DNA of 64,000 nt from Eledone cirrhosa (Eukaryota), in contig OZ024743.1 in the NCBI GenBank assembly GCA_964016885.1, forward strand, positions 138,942,001 to 139,006,000. Reading direction: 5' to 3'. Made by a program: the position numbers and the translations under genes. The notes under the pieces are model-generated. The model ran no database searches. It was not told the DNA's origin and was given only the letters and a program-made list of their open reading frames with translations. How positions within the stretch are numbered: position 1 is the first letter of the stretch; each line of letters begins with the position of its first letter. Positions 1 to 12,060 of the stretch are shown piece after piece.

Positions 1-1654
1 GCTTGGTGTTTGGTGCTTGGTGCTTGGTGTTTGGTGCTTGGTGCCTGGTGCTTGGTGTTTGGTGCTTGGTGCTTGGTGTTTGGTGATTGGTGCTTGGTGT
101 TTGGTGCTTGGTGCTTGGTGCTTGGTGCTTGGTGTTAGGTGTTTGGTGCTTGGTGCTTGGTGTTTGATGTTTGGTGCTTGGTGCCTGGTGTTTGGTGTTT
201 GGTGCTTGGTGCTTGGTGTTAGGTGTTTGGTGCTTGCTGCTTGCTGCTTGGTGTTTGGTGCTTGGTGATTGGTGCTTGGCGTTTTGTGCTTGGTGCTTGG
301 TGTTTGGTGTTTGGTGCTAGGGGCTTGGTGCTTGGTGCTTGGTGTTTGGTGCTTGGTGCTTGCTGTTTGGTGTTTGGTGCTTGGTGCGTGGGACTTAGTG
401 TTTGGTGTTTGGTACTTGGTGTTTGGTGATTGGTGTTTGGGGCTTGGTGTTCGGTGCTTGGTGCTTGGTGCTTGGGGCTTGGTGTTTGGTGTTTGGTGCT
501 TGGTGCTTGGTGTTTGATGTTGGGTCCTTGGTGCTTGGTGTTTGGTCTTTGGTGCTTGGTGTTTGGTGTTTGGTGCTTGGTGCTTGATGTTTGGTGTTTG
601 GTGCTTGGTGCTTGGGGCTTGGTGTTTGGTGCCTGGGGCTTGGTGTTTGGTGTTTGGTGCTTGGTGCTTGGGGCTTGGTGTCTGGTGCTTGGTGCTTGGT
701 GCTTGGTGTTTAGTGTTTGGTGTTTGGTGCTTGGTGTTTGGTGCTTGGTGCTTGGTGCTGGGTGGTTGGTGTTTGGTGCTTGGTGCTTGGTGTTTGGTGC
801 TTGGTGCTTGGTGCTTGTTGTTTGGTGCTTGGTGCTTGGTGCTTGGTCTTTGGTGCTTGGAGTTTGGTGGTTGGTGCTTGGTGCTTGGTGTTTGGTGCCT
901 GGTGCTTGGTGCTTCGTGTTTGGCGTTTGCTGTTTGCTGTTTGCTGTTTGGTGCTTGCTGTTTGGTGTTTGGTGTTTGGTGTTTGGTGTTTGGTGTTTGC
1001 TGTTTGCTGTATGGTGTTTGCTGTTTCGTATTTGGTTTTTGCTGTTTGGTGTTTGGTGTTTGCTGTTTGGTGTTTAGTGTTTGGTGCATGGTCCTTGGTG
1101 TTTGTTGTTTGGTGCTTGGTGCTTGGTGTTTGGTGTTTGGTGTTTGGTGCCTGGTGCTTGGTGTTTGGTGCTTGGTGCTTGGTGCTGGGTGTTTGTTGCT
1201 TGGTGCTTGGTGTTTGGTGCTTGGTGCTTGGTGCTTGGTGCTTGGTGCTTGGTGTTTGGTCCTTGGTGCTTGGTGCTTGGTCTTTGGTGCTTGGGGTTTG
1301 GTGTTTGGTGCTTGGTGCTTGGTGTTTGGTGGTTGGTGGTTGGTGCTTGGTGTTTGGTGTTTGGTGCTTGCTGCTTGGTGCTTGGTGTTTGATGCTTGGT
1401 GCTTGGTGTTTGGTGTTTGGTGCTTGGTGCGTGGGACTTGGTGTTTGGTGCTTGGTGTTTGGTGCTTGGTGTTTGGTGCTTGGTGCTTGGTGCTTGGTGT
1501 TTGGTGTTTGATGTTTGCTGCATGGTGCTTGGTGTTTTGTGTTTGGAGTTTGGTGCTTGGTGTTTGGTGCTTCGATCTTGGTGCTTGGTGTTTGGTGCTT
1601 GGTGCTTGGTGTTTGGTGCTTGGTGCCTGGTGCTTGGTGTTTGGTGCTTGGTGC

Positions 1655-2052
1655 TTGGTGTTTGGTGATTGGTGCTTGGTGTTTGGTGCTTGGTGCTTGG
1701 TGCTTGGTGCTTGGTGTTAGGTGTTTGGTGCTTGATGCTTGGTGTTTGTTGTTTGGTCCTTGGTGCTTGGTGTTTGGTGCTTGGTGCTTGGTGATTGGTG
1801 TTTGGTGTTTGGTGCTTGCTGCTTGCTGCTTGGTGTTTGGTGCTTGGTGATTGGTGCTTGGTGCTTGGTGTTTGGTGATTGGTGCTTGGTGTTTGGTGCT
1901 TGGTGCTTGGTGCTTGGTGCTTGGTGTTAGGTGTTTGGTGCTTGATGCTTGGTGTTTGTTGTTTGGTCCTTGGTGCTTGGTGTTTGGTGCTTGGTGCTTG
2001 GTGATTGGTGTTTGGTGTTTGGTGCTTGCTGCTTGCTGCTTGGTGTTTGGTG
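1655..2052. repeat. 210-bp (30-monomer) tandem duplication
   Basis: Sequence from 1661 (TTTGGTGATT...TTAGGTG...TTGATGC...TTGGTCC) is repeated from 1871. Matching ORF ends at 1720 and 1930 give the same offset of 210. Confidence 0.9.
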
Positions 2053-5000
2053 TTTGGTGCTTGGTGCTTGCTGTTTGTTGTTTGGTGCTTGGTGCGTGGG
2101 ACTTAGTGTTTGATGTTTGGTGCTTGGTGTTTGGTGCTTGGTGTTTGGGGCTTGGTGTTCGGTGCTTGGTGCTTGGTGCTTGGGGCTTGGTGTTTGGTGT
2201 TTGGTGCTAGGTGCTTGGTGTTTGATGTTGGGTCCTTGGTGCTTGGTGTTTGGTGTTTGGTGCTTGGTTTTTGGTGTTTGGTGCTTGGTGCTTGATGTTT
2301 GGTGTTTGGTGCTTGGTGCTTGGGGCTTGGTGTTTGGTGCTTGGTGCTTGGTGTTTGGTGTTTGGTGCTTGGTGCTTGGGGCTTGGTGTTTGGTGCTTGG
2401 TGCTTGGTGCTTGGTGTTTAGTGTTTGGTGTTTGGTGCTTGGTGTTTGGTGCTTGGTGCTTGGTGCTGGGTGGTTGGTGTTTGGTGCTTGGTGCTTGGTG
2501 TTTGGTGCTTGGTGCTTGTTGTTTGGTGCTTGGTGCTTGGTGCTTGGTCTTTGGTGCTTGGAGTTTGGTGGTTGGTGCTTGGTGCTTGGTGTTTGGTGTT
2601 TGGTGTTTGCTGTTTGGTGTTTGCTGTTTGGTGTCTGCTTTTTGGTGTTTGGTGTTTGCTGTATGGTGTTTGCTGTTTCGTATTTGGTTTTTGCTGTTTG
2701 GTGTTTGGTGTTTGCTGTTTGGTGTTTGGTGTTTGGTGTTTGGTGCTTTGTGCTTGGTGCTTGGTGTTTGGCATTTGGTGCTTGGTGCTTGGTGTTTGGT
2801 GCTTGGTGCTTGGTGTTTGGTGTTTGGTGCTTGGTGCCTGGTGCTTGTTGTATGCTGTTTGGTGCTTGGTGCTTGGTGTTTGGTGTTTGCTGCTTGGTGT
2901 CTGGTGTTTGGTGCTTGGTGTTTGGTGTTTGGTGCTTGGTGCTTGGTGCTTGGTATTTGGTGTTTGATGCTTGGTGCTTGGTGATTGTTGTTTTGTGCTG
3001 GGTGCTTGGAGTTTGGTGCTTGGTGCTTGGTGCTTAGTGCTTGGTGTTTGGTGTTTGGTGCTTGGTGTTGGGTGTTTGGTGTTTGATGCTTGGTGTGTGC
3101 TGCTTGGTGCTTGGTGCTTGGTGTTTTGTGTTTGGTGCTTGGTGCTTGGTGCCTGGTGCTTGGTGCTTGGTGCTTGTTGTTTGGTGCTTGGTGCTTGGTG
3201 ATTAGTGTTTGGTGCTTGGTGCTTGGGGTTTGCTGTTTGGTGCTTGGTGCTTGGTGTTTGGTGCTTGGTGCTTGGTGTTTGGTGTTTGGTGCTTGGTGCT
3301 TGGTGTTTGGGTTTTGGTGCTTGGTGCTTGGTGTTTGGTGTTTGGTGCTTGGTGTTTGGTGCTTGGTGTTTGGTGCTGAGTGCTTGGTGTTTGGTGTTTG
3401 ACGCTTGGTGTTTGATGCTTGTTGCTTGGTGCTTGGTGTTTTGTGTTTGGTGTTTGGTGCTTGGTGTATGTACTTGGTGCTTGGTTCTTGGTGTTTGGTG
3501 CTTGGTTCTTGGTGTTTGGTGATTGGTGCTTGGTGCTTGGTGTTTGGTGCTTGGTGCTTGGTGTTTGGTACTTGGTGCTTGGTGTTTGGTTTTTGATGCT
3601 TGGTGTTTGATGCTTGGTGCTTGGTGCTTGGTGTTAAGTGTTTGGGGCTTGGTGCTTGGTGCATGGTGCTTGGTGTTTGGTGCTTGGTGCCTGGTGCTTG
3701 GTGTTTGGTGCTTGGTGCTTGGTGCTTGGTGTTTGGTGCTTGGTATTTGGTGCTTGGTGCTTGGTGTTTGGTGCTTGGTGTTTGGTGCTTGGTGTTCGGT
3801 GCTTGGTGCTTGGTGTTTGGTGCTTGGTGTTAGGTGATTGGTGCTTGGTGCTTGGTGTTTGATGTTTGATCCTTGGTGCTTGATGTTTGGTGCTTGGTGC
3901 TTGGTGTTTGGTGTTTGGTGCTTGCTGCTTGCTGCTTGGTGTTTGGTGCTTGGTGATTGGTGCTTGGTGTTGGGTACTTGGTGCTTGTTGTTTGGTGTTT
4001 GGTGCTAGGTGCTTGGTGCTTGGTGCTTGGGGTTTGGTGCTTGGTGCTTGGTGTTTGGTGTTTGGTGCTTGGTGCTTGGGGCTTGGTGTTTGGTGCTTTG
4101 TGCTTGGTGCTTGTTGTTTGGTGCTTGGTGCTTGGTGCTTCGTGTTTGGTGTTTGGTGTTTGGTGCTTGGTGTTTGGTGCTTGGTGCTTGGTGCTGGGTG
4201 GTTGGTGTTTGGTGCTTGGTGCTTGGTGTTTGGTGCTTGGTGCTTGGTGCTTGTTGTTTGGTGCTTGGTGCTTGGTGCTTGGTCTTTGGTGCTTGGAGTT
4301 TGGTGGTTGGTGCTTGGTGCTTGGTGTTTGGTGTTTGGCATTTGGTGCTTGGTGCTTGGTGTTTGGTGCTTGGTGCTTGGTGTTTGGTGTTTGGTGCTTG
4401 GTGCCTGGTGCTTGTTGTATGCTGTTTGGTGCCTGGTGCTTGGTGTTTGGTGTTTGGTGTTTGGTGCTTGGTGTCTGGTGTTTGGTGTTTGGTGTTTGGT
4501 GCTTGCTGCTTGGTGTTTGGGTTTTGGTGCTTGGTGCTTGGTGTTTGGTGTTTGGTGCTTGGTGTTTGGTGCTTGGTGTTTGGTGCTGAGTGCTTGGTGT
4601 TTTGTGCTTGGTGCGTGGTGCTTGGTGTTTGGTGTTTGGTGCTTGGTGCTTGGTGTTTGGTGTTTGATGCTTGGTGTTTGATGCTTGTTGCTTGGTGCTT
4701 GGTGTTTTGTGTTTGGTGTTTGGTGCTTGGTGTATGTACTTGGTGCTTGGTTCTTGGTGTTTGGTGCTTGGTTCTTGGTGTTTGGTGATTGGTGCTTGGG
4801 GCTTGGTGTTTGGTGCTTGGTGCTTGGTGTTTGGTACTTGGTGCTTGGTGTTTGGTTTTTGATGCTTGGTGTTTGATGCTTGGTGCTTGGTGCTTGGTGT
4901 TAAGTGTTTGGGGCTTGGTGCTTGTTGCATGGTGCTTGGTGTTTGGTGCTTGGTGCCTGGTGCTTGGTGTTTGGTGCTTGGTGCTTGGTGCTTGGTGTTT

Positions 5001-6047
5001 GGTGCTTGGTATTTGGTGCTTGGTGCTTGGTGTTTGGTGCTTGGTGTTTGGTGCTTGGTGTTCGGTGCTTGGTGCTTGGTGTTTGGTGCTTGGTGTTAGG
5101 TGATTGGTGCTTGGTGCTTGGTGTTTTATGTTTGATCCTTGGTGCTTGGTGTTTGGTGCTTGGTGCTTGGTGTTTGGTGTTTGGTGCTTGGTGCCTGGTG
5201 CTTGTTGTATGCTGTTTGGTGCTTGGTGCTTGGTGTTTGGTGTTTGCTGCTTGTTGTCTGGTGTTTGGTGCTTGGTGTTTGGTGTTTGGTGCTTGGTGCT
5301 TGGTGCTTGGTATTTGGTGTTTGGTGCTTGGTGCTTGGTGTTTGTTGTTTGGTGCTGGGTGCTTGGAGTTTGGTTCTTGGTGCTTGGTGCTTAGTGCTTG
5401 GTGTTTGGTGTTTGGTGCTTGGTGTTGGGTGTTTGGTGTTTGATGCTTGGTGTGTGCTGCTTGGTGCTTGGTGCTTGGTGTTTTTTGTTTGGTGCTTGGT
5501 GCTTGGTGCCTGGTGCTTGGTGCTTGGTGCTTGTTGTTTGGTGCTTGGTGCTTGGTGATTAGTGTTTGGTGCTTGGTGCTTGGGGTTTGCTGTTTGGTGC
5601 TTGGTGCTTGGTGTTTGGTGTTTGGTGTTTGGTGCTTGGTGTCTGGTGTTTGGTGTTTGGTGTTTGGTGCTTGGTGCTTGGTGTTTGGGTTTTGGTGCTT
5701 GGTGCTTGGTGTTTGGTGTTTGGTGCTTGGTGTTTGGTGCTTGGTGTTTGGTGCTGAGTGCTTGGTGTTTTGTGCTTGGTGCGTGGTGCTTGGTGTTTGG
5801 TGTTTGGCGCTTGGTGCTTGGTGTCTGGTGTTTGATGCTTGGTGTTTGATGCTTGTTGCTTGGTGCTTGGTGTTTTGTGTTTGGTGTTTCGTGCTTGGTG
5901 TATGTACTTGTTGCTTGGTTCATGGTGTTTGGTGCTTGGTTCTTGGTGTTTGGTGATTGGTGCTTGGTGCTTGGTGTTTGGTGCTTGGTGCTTGGTGTTT
6001 GGTACTTGGTGCTTGGTGTTTGGTTTTTGATGCTTGGTGTTTGATGC

Positions 6048-6180
6048 TTGGTGCTTGGTGCTTGGTGTTTAAGTGTTTGGGGCTTGGTGCTTGGTGTATG
6101 GTGCTTGGTGTTTGGTGCTTGGTGCTTGGTGTTTAAGTGTTTGGGGCTTGGTGCTTGGTGTATGGTGCTTGGTGTTTGGT
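6048..6180. repeat. 64-bp tandem duplication carrying an 8-bp monomer (TTAAGTGT)
   Basis: TTAAGTGT-TTGGGGC-TTGGTGC-TTGGTGT-ATGGTGC occurs at 6069 and 6133. The offset of 64 equals 9x7+1. Confidence 0.9.
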
Positions 6181-8999
6181 GTTTGGTGCTTGGTGCTTGG
6201 TGCTTGGTGTTTGGTGCTTGGTATTTGGTGCTTGGTGCTTGGTGTTTGGTGCTTGGTGTTTGGTGCTTGGTGTTCGGTGCTTGGTGCTTGGTGTTTGGTG
6301 CTTGGTGTTAGGTGATTGGTGCTTGGTGCTTGGTGTTTGATGTTTGATCCTTGGTGCTTGGTGTTTGGTGCTTGGTGCTTGGTGTTTGGTGTTTGGTGCT
6401 TGTTGCTTGCTGCTTGGTGTTTGGTGCTTGGTGATTGGTGCTTGGTGTTGGGTACTTGGTGCTTGTTGTTTGGTGTTTGGTGCTAGGTGCTTGGTGCTTG
6501 GTGCTTGGGGTTTGGTGCTTGGTGCTTGGTGTTTGGTGTTTGGTGCTTGGTGCTTGGGGCTTGGTGTTTGGTGCTTTATGCTTGGTGCTTGGTGTTTGGT
6601 GCTTGGTGCTTGGTGCTTCGTGTTTGGTGTTTGGTGTTTGGTGTTTGGTGTTTGGTGCTTGGTGCTTGGTGCTGGGTGGTTGGTGTTTGGTGCTTGGTGC
6701 TTGGTGTTTGGTGCTTGGTGGTTGGTGCTTGGGGTTTGGTGCTTGGTGCTTGGTGCTTGGTGCTTGGTCTTTGGTGCTTGGTGTTTGGTGTTTGGTGCTT
6801 GGTGCTTGGTGTTTGATGCTTGGTGCTTGGTGATTGGTGTTTGGTGCTTGGTGCTTGGTGCTTGGTGATTAGTGTTTGGTGCTTGGTGCTTGGTGCCTGG
6901 TGCTTGGTGCTTGGTGCTTGTTGTTTGATGCTTGGTGCTTGGTGATTAGTGTTTGGTGCTTGGTGCTTGGGGTTTGGTGTTTGGTGCTTGGGGTTTGGTG
7001 TTTGGTGCTTGGTGCTTGGTGTTTGCTGCTTGGTGCTTGGTGTTTGGTGCTTGGTGCTTTGTGTTTGATGCTTGGTGTTTGGTGCTTGGTGCTTGATGCT
7101 TGGTGCTTGGTGTTAGGTGTTTGGTGCTTGGTCCTTGGTGTTTGATGTTTGGTCCTTGGTGCTTGGTGTTTGGTGTTTGGTGCTTGGTGCTAGGTGTTTT
7201 GTGTGTGGTGCTTGCTGCTTGGTGCTTGGTGTTTTGTGTTAGGAGTTTGGTGCTTGATGTTTGGTGCTTCTGTCTTGGTGCTTGGTGTTTGGTGTTTGGT
7301 GTTTGGTGTATGGTGCTTGGTGCTTGGTGTTTGGTGCTTCGTGCTTGGTGCTTGGTGTTTGGTGCATGGTGCTTGGTGTTTGGGGCTTGGTGCCTGGTGC
7401 TTTGTGTTTGGTGCTAGGTGCTTGGTGCTTGGTGTTAGGCGTTTGGTGCTTGGTGCTTGGTGTTTGATGTTTGGTCCTTGGTGCTTGGTGTTTGGTATTT
7501 GGTGCTTGGTGCTTGGTGTTTGGTGTTTGGTGCTTGCTGCTTGCTGCTTGGTGTTTGGTGCTTGGTGATTGGTGCTTGGTGTTTTGTGCTTGGTGCTTGG
7601 TGTTTGGTGTTTGGTGCTAGGGGCTTGGTGCTTGGTGCTTGGTGTTTGGTGCTTGGTGCTTGGTGTTTGGTGTTTGGTGCTTGGTGCATGGGACTTGGTG
7701 TTTGGTGCTTGGTGTTTGGTGCTTGGTGTTTGGTGCTTGGTGCTTGGTGCTTGGTGGTTGGTGGTTGGTGCTTGGTATTTGGTGATTGGTGCTTGGTGCT
7801 TGGTGTTTGGTGCTTGGTGCTTGGTGTTTGGTACTTGGTGCTTGGTGTTTGGTCTTTGGTGCTTGGTGTTTGGTGCTTGGTGCTTGGTGCTTGGTGCTTG
7901 GTCTTAAGTGTTTGGGGCTTGGTGCTTGGTGCATGGTGCTTGGTGTTTGGTGCTTGGTGCCTGGTGCTTGGTGTTTGTTGCTTGGTGCTTGGTGCTTTGT
8001 GTTTGGTGCTTGGTATTTGGTGCTTGGTGCTTGGTGTTTGGTGCTTGGTGTTTGGTGCTTGGTGTTCGGTGCTTGGTGCTTGGTGTTTGGTATTTGGTGC
8101 TTGGTGCTTGGTGTTTGGTGCTTGGTGCTTGGTGTTTGATGTTTGGTGCTTGGTGCCTGGTGCTTGTTGTATGCTGTTTGGTGCTTGGTGCTTGGTGTTT
8201 GGTGTTTGCTGCTTGGTGTCTGGTGTTTGGTGCTTGGTGTTTGGTGTTTGGTGCTTGGTGCTTGGTGCTTGGTATTTGGTATTTGGTGCTTGGTGCTTGG
8301 TGATTGTTGTTTGGTGCTGGGTGCTTGGAGTTTGGTGCTTGGTGCTTGGTGCTTAGTGCTTGGTGTTTGGTGTTTGGTGCTTGGTGTTGGGTGTTTGGTG
8401 TTTGATGCTTGGTGTGTGCTGCTTGGTGCTTGGTGCTTGGTGTTTTGTGTTTGGTGCTTGGTGCTTGGTGCCTGGTGCTTGGTGCTTGGTGCTTGTTGTT
8501 TGGTGCTTGGTGCTTGGTGATTAGTGTTTGGTGCTTGGTGCTTGGGGTTTGCTGTTTGGTGCTCGGTGCTTGGTGTTTGGTGCTTGGTGCTTGGTGTTTG
8601 GTGTTTGGTGCTTGGTGCTTGGTGTTTGGGTTTTGGTGCTTGGTGCTTGGTGTTTGGTGTTTGGTGCTTGGTGTTTGGTGCTTGGTGTTTGGTGCTGAGT
8701 GCTTGGTGTTTGGTGTTTGACGCTTGGTGTTTGATGCTTGTTGCATGGTGCTTGGTGTTTTGTGTTTGGTGTTTGGTGCTTGGTGTATGTACTTGGTGCT
8801 TGGTTCTTGGTGTTTGGTGCTTGGTTCTTGGCGTTTGGTGATTGGTGCTTGGTGCTTGGTGTTTGGTGCTTGGTGCTTGGTGTTTGGTACTTGGTGCTTG
8901 GTGTTTGGTTTTTGATGATTGGTGTTTGATGCTTGGTGCTTGGTGCTTGGTGTTAAGTGTTTGGGGCTTGGTGCTTGGTGCATGGTGCTTGGTGTTTGG

Positions 9000-11900
9000 T
9001 GCTTGGTGCCTGGTGCTTGGTGTTTGGTGCTTGGTGCTTGGTGCTTGGTGTTTGGTGCTTGGTATTTGGTGCTTGGTGCTTGGTGTTTGGTGCTTGGTGT
9101 TTGGTGCTTGGTGTTCGGTGCTTGGTGCTTGGTGTTAGGTGCTTGGTGTTAGGTGATTGGTGCTTGGTGCTTGGTGTTTGATGTTTGATCCTTGGTGCTT
9201 GGTGTTTGGTGCTTGGTGCTTGGTGTTTGGTGTTTGGTGCTTGCTGCTTGCTGCTTGGTGTTTGGTGCTTGGTGATTGGTGCTTGGTGTTGGGTACTTGG
9301 TGCTTGTTGTTTGGCGTTTGGTGCTAGGTGCTTGGTGCTTGGTGCTTGGGGTTTGGTGCTTGGTGCTTGGTGTTTGGTGTTTGGTGCTTGGTGCTTGGGG
9401 CTTGGTGTTTGGTGCTTTTTGCTTGGTGCTTGTTGTTTGGTGCTTGGTGCTTGGTGCTTCGTGTTTGGTGTTTGGTGTTTGGTGCTTGGTGTTTGGTGCT
9501 TGGTGGTTGGTGCTGGGTGGTTGGTGTTTGGTGCTTGGTGCTTGGTGTTTGGTGCTTGGTGCTTGGTGCTTGTTGTTTGGTGCTTGGTGCTTGGTGCTTG
9601 GTCTTTGGTGCTTGGAGTTTGGTGGTTGGTGCTTGGTGCTTGGTGTTTGGTGTTTGGTGTTTGCTGTTTGGTGTTTGCTGTTTGGTGTCTGCTTTTTGGT
9701 GTTTGGTGTTTGCTGTATGGTGTTTGCTGTTTCGTATTTGGTTTTTGCTGTCTGGTGTTTGGTGTTTGCTGTTTGGTGTTTGGTGTTTGGTGTTTGGTGC
9801 TTTGTGCTTGGTGCTTGGTGTTTGGTGTTTGGTGCTTGGTGCTTGGTGTTTGGTGCTTGGTGCTTGGTGTTTGGTGTTTGGTGCTTGGTGCCTGGTGCTT
9901 GTTGTATGCTGTTTGGTGCCTGGTGCTTGGTGTTTGGTGTTTGGTGTTTGGTGCTTGGTGTCTGGTGTTTGGTGTTTGGTGTTTGGTGCTTGGTGCTTGG
10001 TGTTTGGGTTTTGGTGCTTGGTGCTTGGTGTTTGGTGTTTGGTGCTTGGTGTTTGGTGCTTGGTGTTTGGTGCTGAGTGCTTGGTGTTTTGTGCTTGGTG
10101 CGTGGTGCTTGGTGTTTGGTGTTTGGTGCTTGGTGCTTGGTGTTTGGTGTTTGATGCTTGGTGTTTGATGCTTGTTGCTTGGTGCTTGGTGTTTTGTGTT
10201 TGGTGTTTGGTGCTTGGTGTATGTACTTGGTGCTTGGTTCTTGGTGTTTGGTGCTTGGTTCTTGGTGTTTGGTGATTGGTGCTTGGGGCTTGGTGTTTGG
10301 TGCTTGGTGCTTGGTGTTTGGTACTTGGTGCTTGGTGTTTGGTTTTTGATGCTCGGTGTTTGATGCTTGGTGCTTGGTGCTTGGTGTTAAGTGTTTGGCG
10401 CTTGGTGCTTGTTGCATGGTGCTTGGTGTTTGGTGCTTGGTGCCTGGTGCTTGGTGTTTGGTGCTTGGTGCTTGGTGCTTGGTGTTTGGTGCTTGGTATT
10501 TGGTGCTTGGTGCTTGGTGTTTGGTGCTTGGTGTTTGGTGCTTGGTGTTCGGTGCTTGGTGCTTGGTGTTTGGTGCTTGGTGTTAGGTGATTGGTGCTTG
10601 GTGCTTGGTGTTTTATGTTTGATCCTTGGTGCTTGGTGTTTGGTGCTTGGTGCTTGGTGTTTGGTGCTTGGTATTTGGTGCTTGCTGCTTGCTGCTTGGT
10701 GTTTGGTGCTTGGTGATTGGTGCTTGGTGTTGGGTACTTGGTGCTTGTTGTTTGGTGTTTGGTGCTAGGTGCTTGGTGCTTGGTGCTTGGGGTTTGGTGC
10801 TTGGTGCTTGGTGTTTGGTGTTTGGTGCTTGGTGCTTGGGGCTTGGTGTTTGGTGCTTTGTGCTTGGTGCTTGTTGTTTGGTGCTTGGTGCTTGGTGCTT
10901 CGTGTTTGGTGTTTGGTGTTTGGTGCTTGGTGTTTGGTGCTTGGTGCTTGGTGCTGGGTGGTTGGTGTTTGGTGCTTGGTGCTTGGTGTTTGGTGCTTGG
11001 TGCTTGGTGCTTGTTGTTTGGTGCTTGGTGCTTGGTGCTTGGTCTTTGGTGCTTGGAGTTTGGTGGTTGGTGCTTGGTGCTTGGTGTTTGGTGTTTGCTG
11101 TTTGCTGTTTGGTGTTTGCTGTTTGGTGTCTGCTTTTTGGTGTTTGGTGTTTGCTGTATGGTGTTTGCTGTTTCGTATTTGGTTTTTGCTGTTTGGTGTT
11201 TGGTGTTTGCTGTTTGGTGTTTGGTGTTTGGTGTTTGGTGCTTTGTGCTTGGTGCTTGGTGTTTGGCATTTGGTGCTTGGTGCTTGGTGTTTGGTGCTTG
11301 GTGCTTGGTGTTTGGTGTTTGGTGCTTGGTGCCTGGTGCTTGTTGTATGCTGTTTGGTGCCTGGTGCTTGGTGTTTGGTGTTTGGTGTTTGGTGCTTGGT
11401 GTCTGGTGTTTGGTGTTTGGTGTTTGGTGCTTGCTGCTTGGTGTTTGGGTTTTGGTGCTTGGTGCTTGGTGTTTGGTGTTTGGTGCTTGGTGTTTGGTGC
11501 TTGGTGTTTGGTGCTGAGTGCTTGGTGTTTTGTGCTTGGTGCGTGGTGCTTGGTGTTTGGTGTTTGGTGCTTGGTGCTTGGTGTTTGGTGTTTGATGCTT
11601 GGTGTTTGATGCTTGTTGCTTGGTGCTTGGTGTTTTGTGTTTGGTGTTTGGTGCTTGGTGTATGTACTTGGTGCTTGGTTCTTGGTGTTTGGTGCTTGGT
11701 TCTTGGTGTTTGGTGATTGGTGCTTGGGGCTTGGTGTTTGGTGCTTGGTGCTTGGTGTTTGGTACTTGGTGCTTGGTGTTTGGTTTTTGATGCTTGGTGT
11801 TTGATGCTTGGTGCTTGGTGCTTGGTGTTAAGTGTTTGGGGCTTGGTGCTTGTTGCATGGTGCTTGGTGTTTGGTGCTTGGTGCCTGGTGCTTGGTGTTT

Positions 11901-12060
11901 GGTGCTTGGTGCTTGGTGCTTGGTGTTTGGTGCTTGGTATTTGGTGCTTGGTGCTTGGTGTTTGGTGCTTGGTGTTTGGTGCTTGGTGTTCGGTGCTTGG
12001 TGCTTGGTGTTTGGTGCTTGGTGTTAGGTGATTGGTGCTTGGTGCTTGGTGTTTTATGTT
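9000..12060. repeat. ~1441-bp tandem duplication of module B
   Basis: ATGTAC at 10221 and 11662, TTCGTAT at 9731 and 11172, and matching ORF starts 9276/10717 and 9328/10769 all give offset 1441. The copies differ at several positions. Confidence 0.8.

Noticed and set aside
9324-11858. Long minus-strand ORFs (up to 844 aa; also 16027-18435, 802 aa) of (TKHQAPS/TKHQTPN)n resembling mucin-like or repeat proteins
   Set aside because: Same artefact. Minus-strand stops require TTA/CTA/TCA on the A-poor + strand, so long ORFs are expected. All three reverse frames give the same peptide, and there is no signal peptide or non-repetitive terminus.
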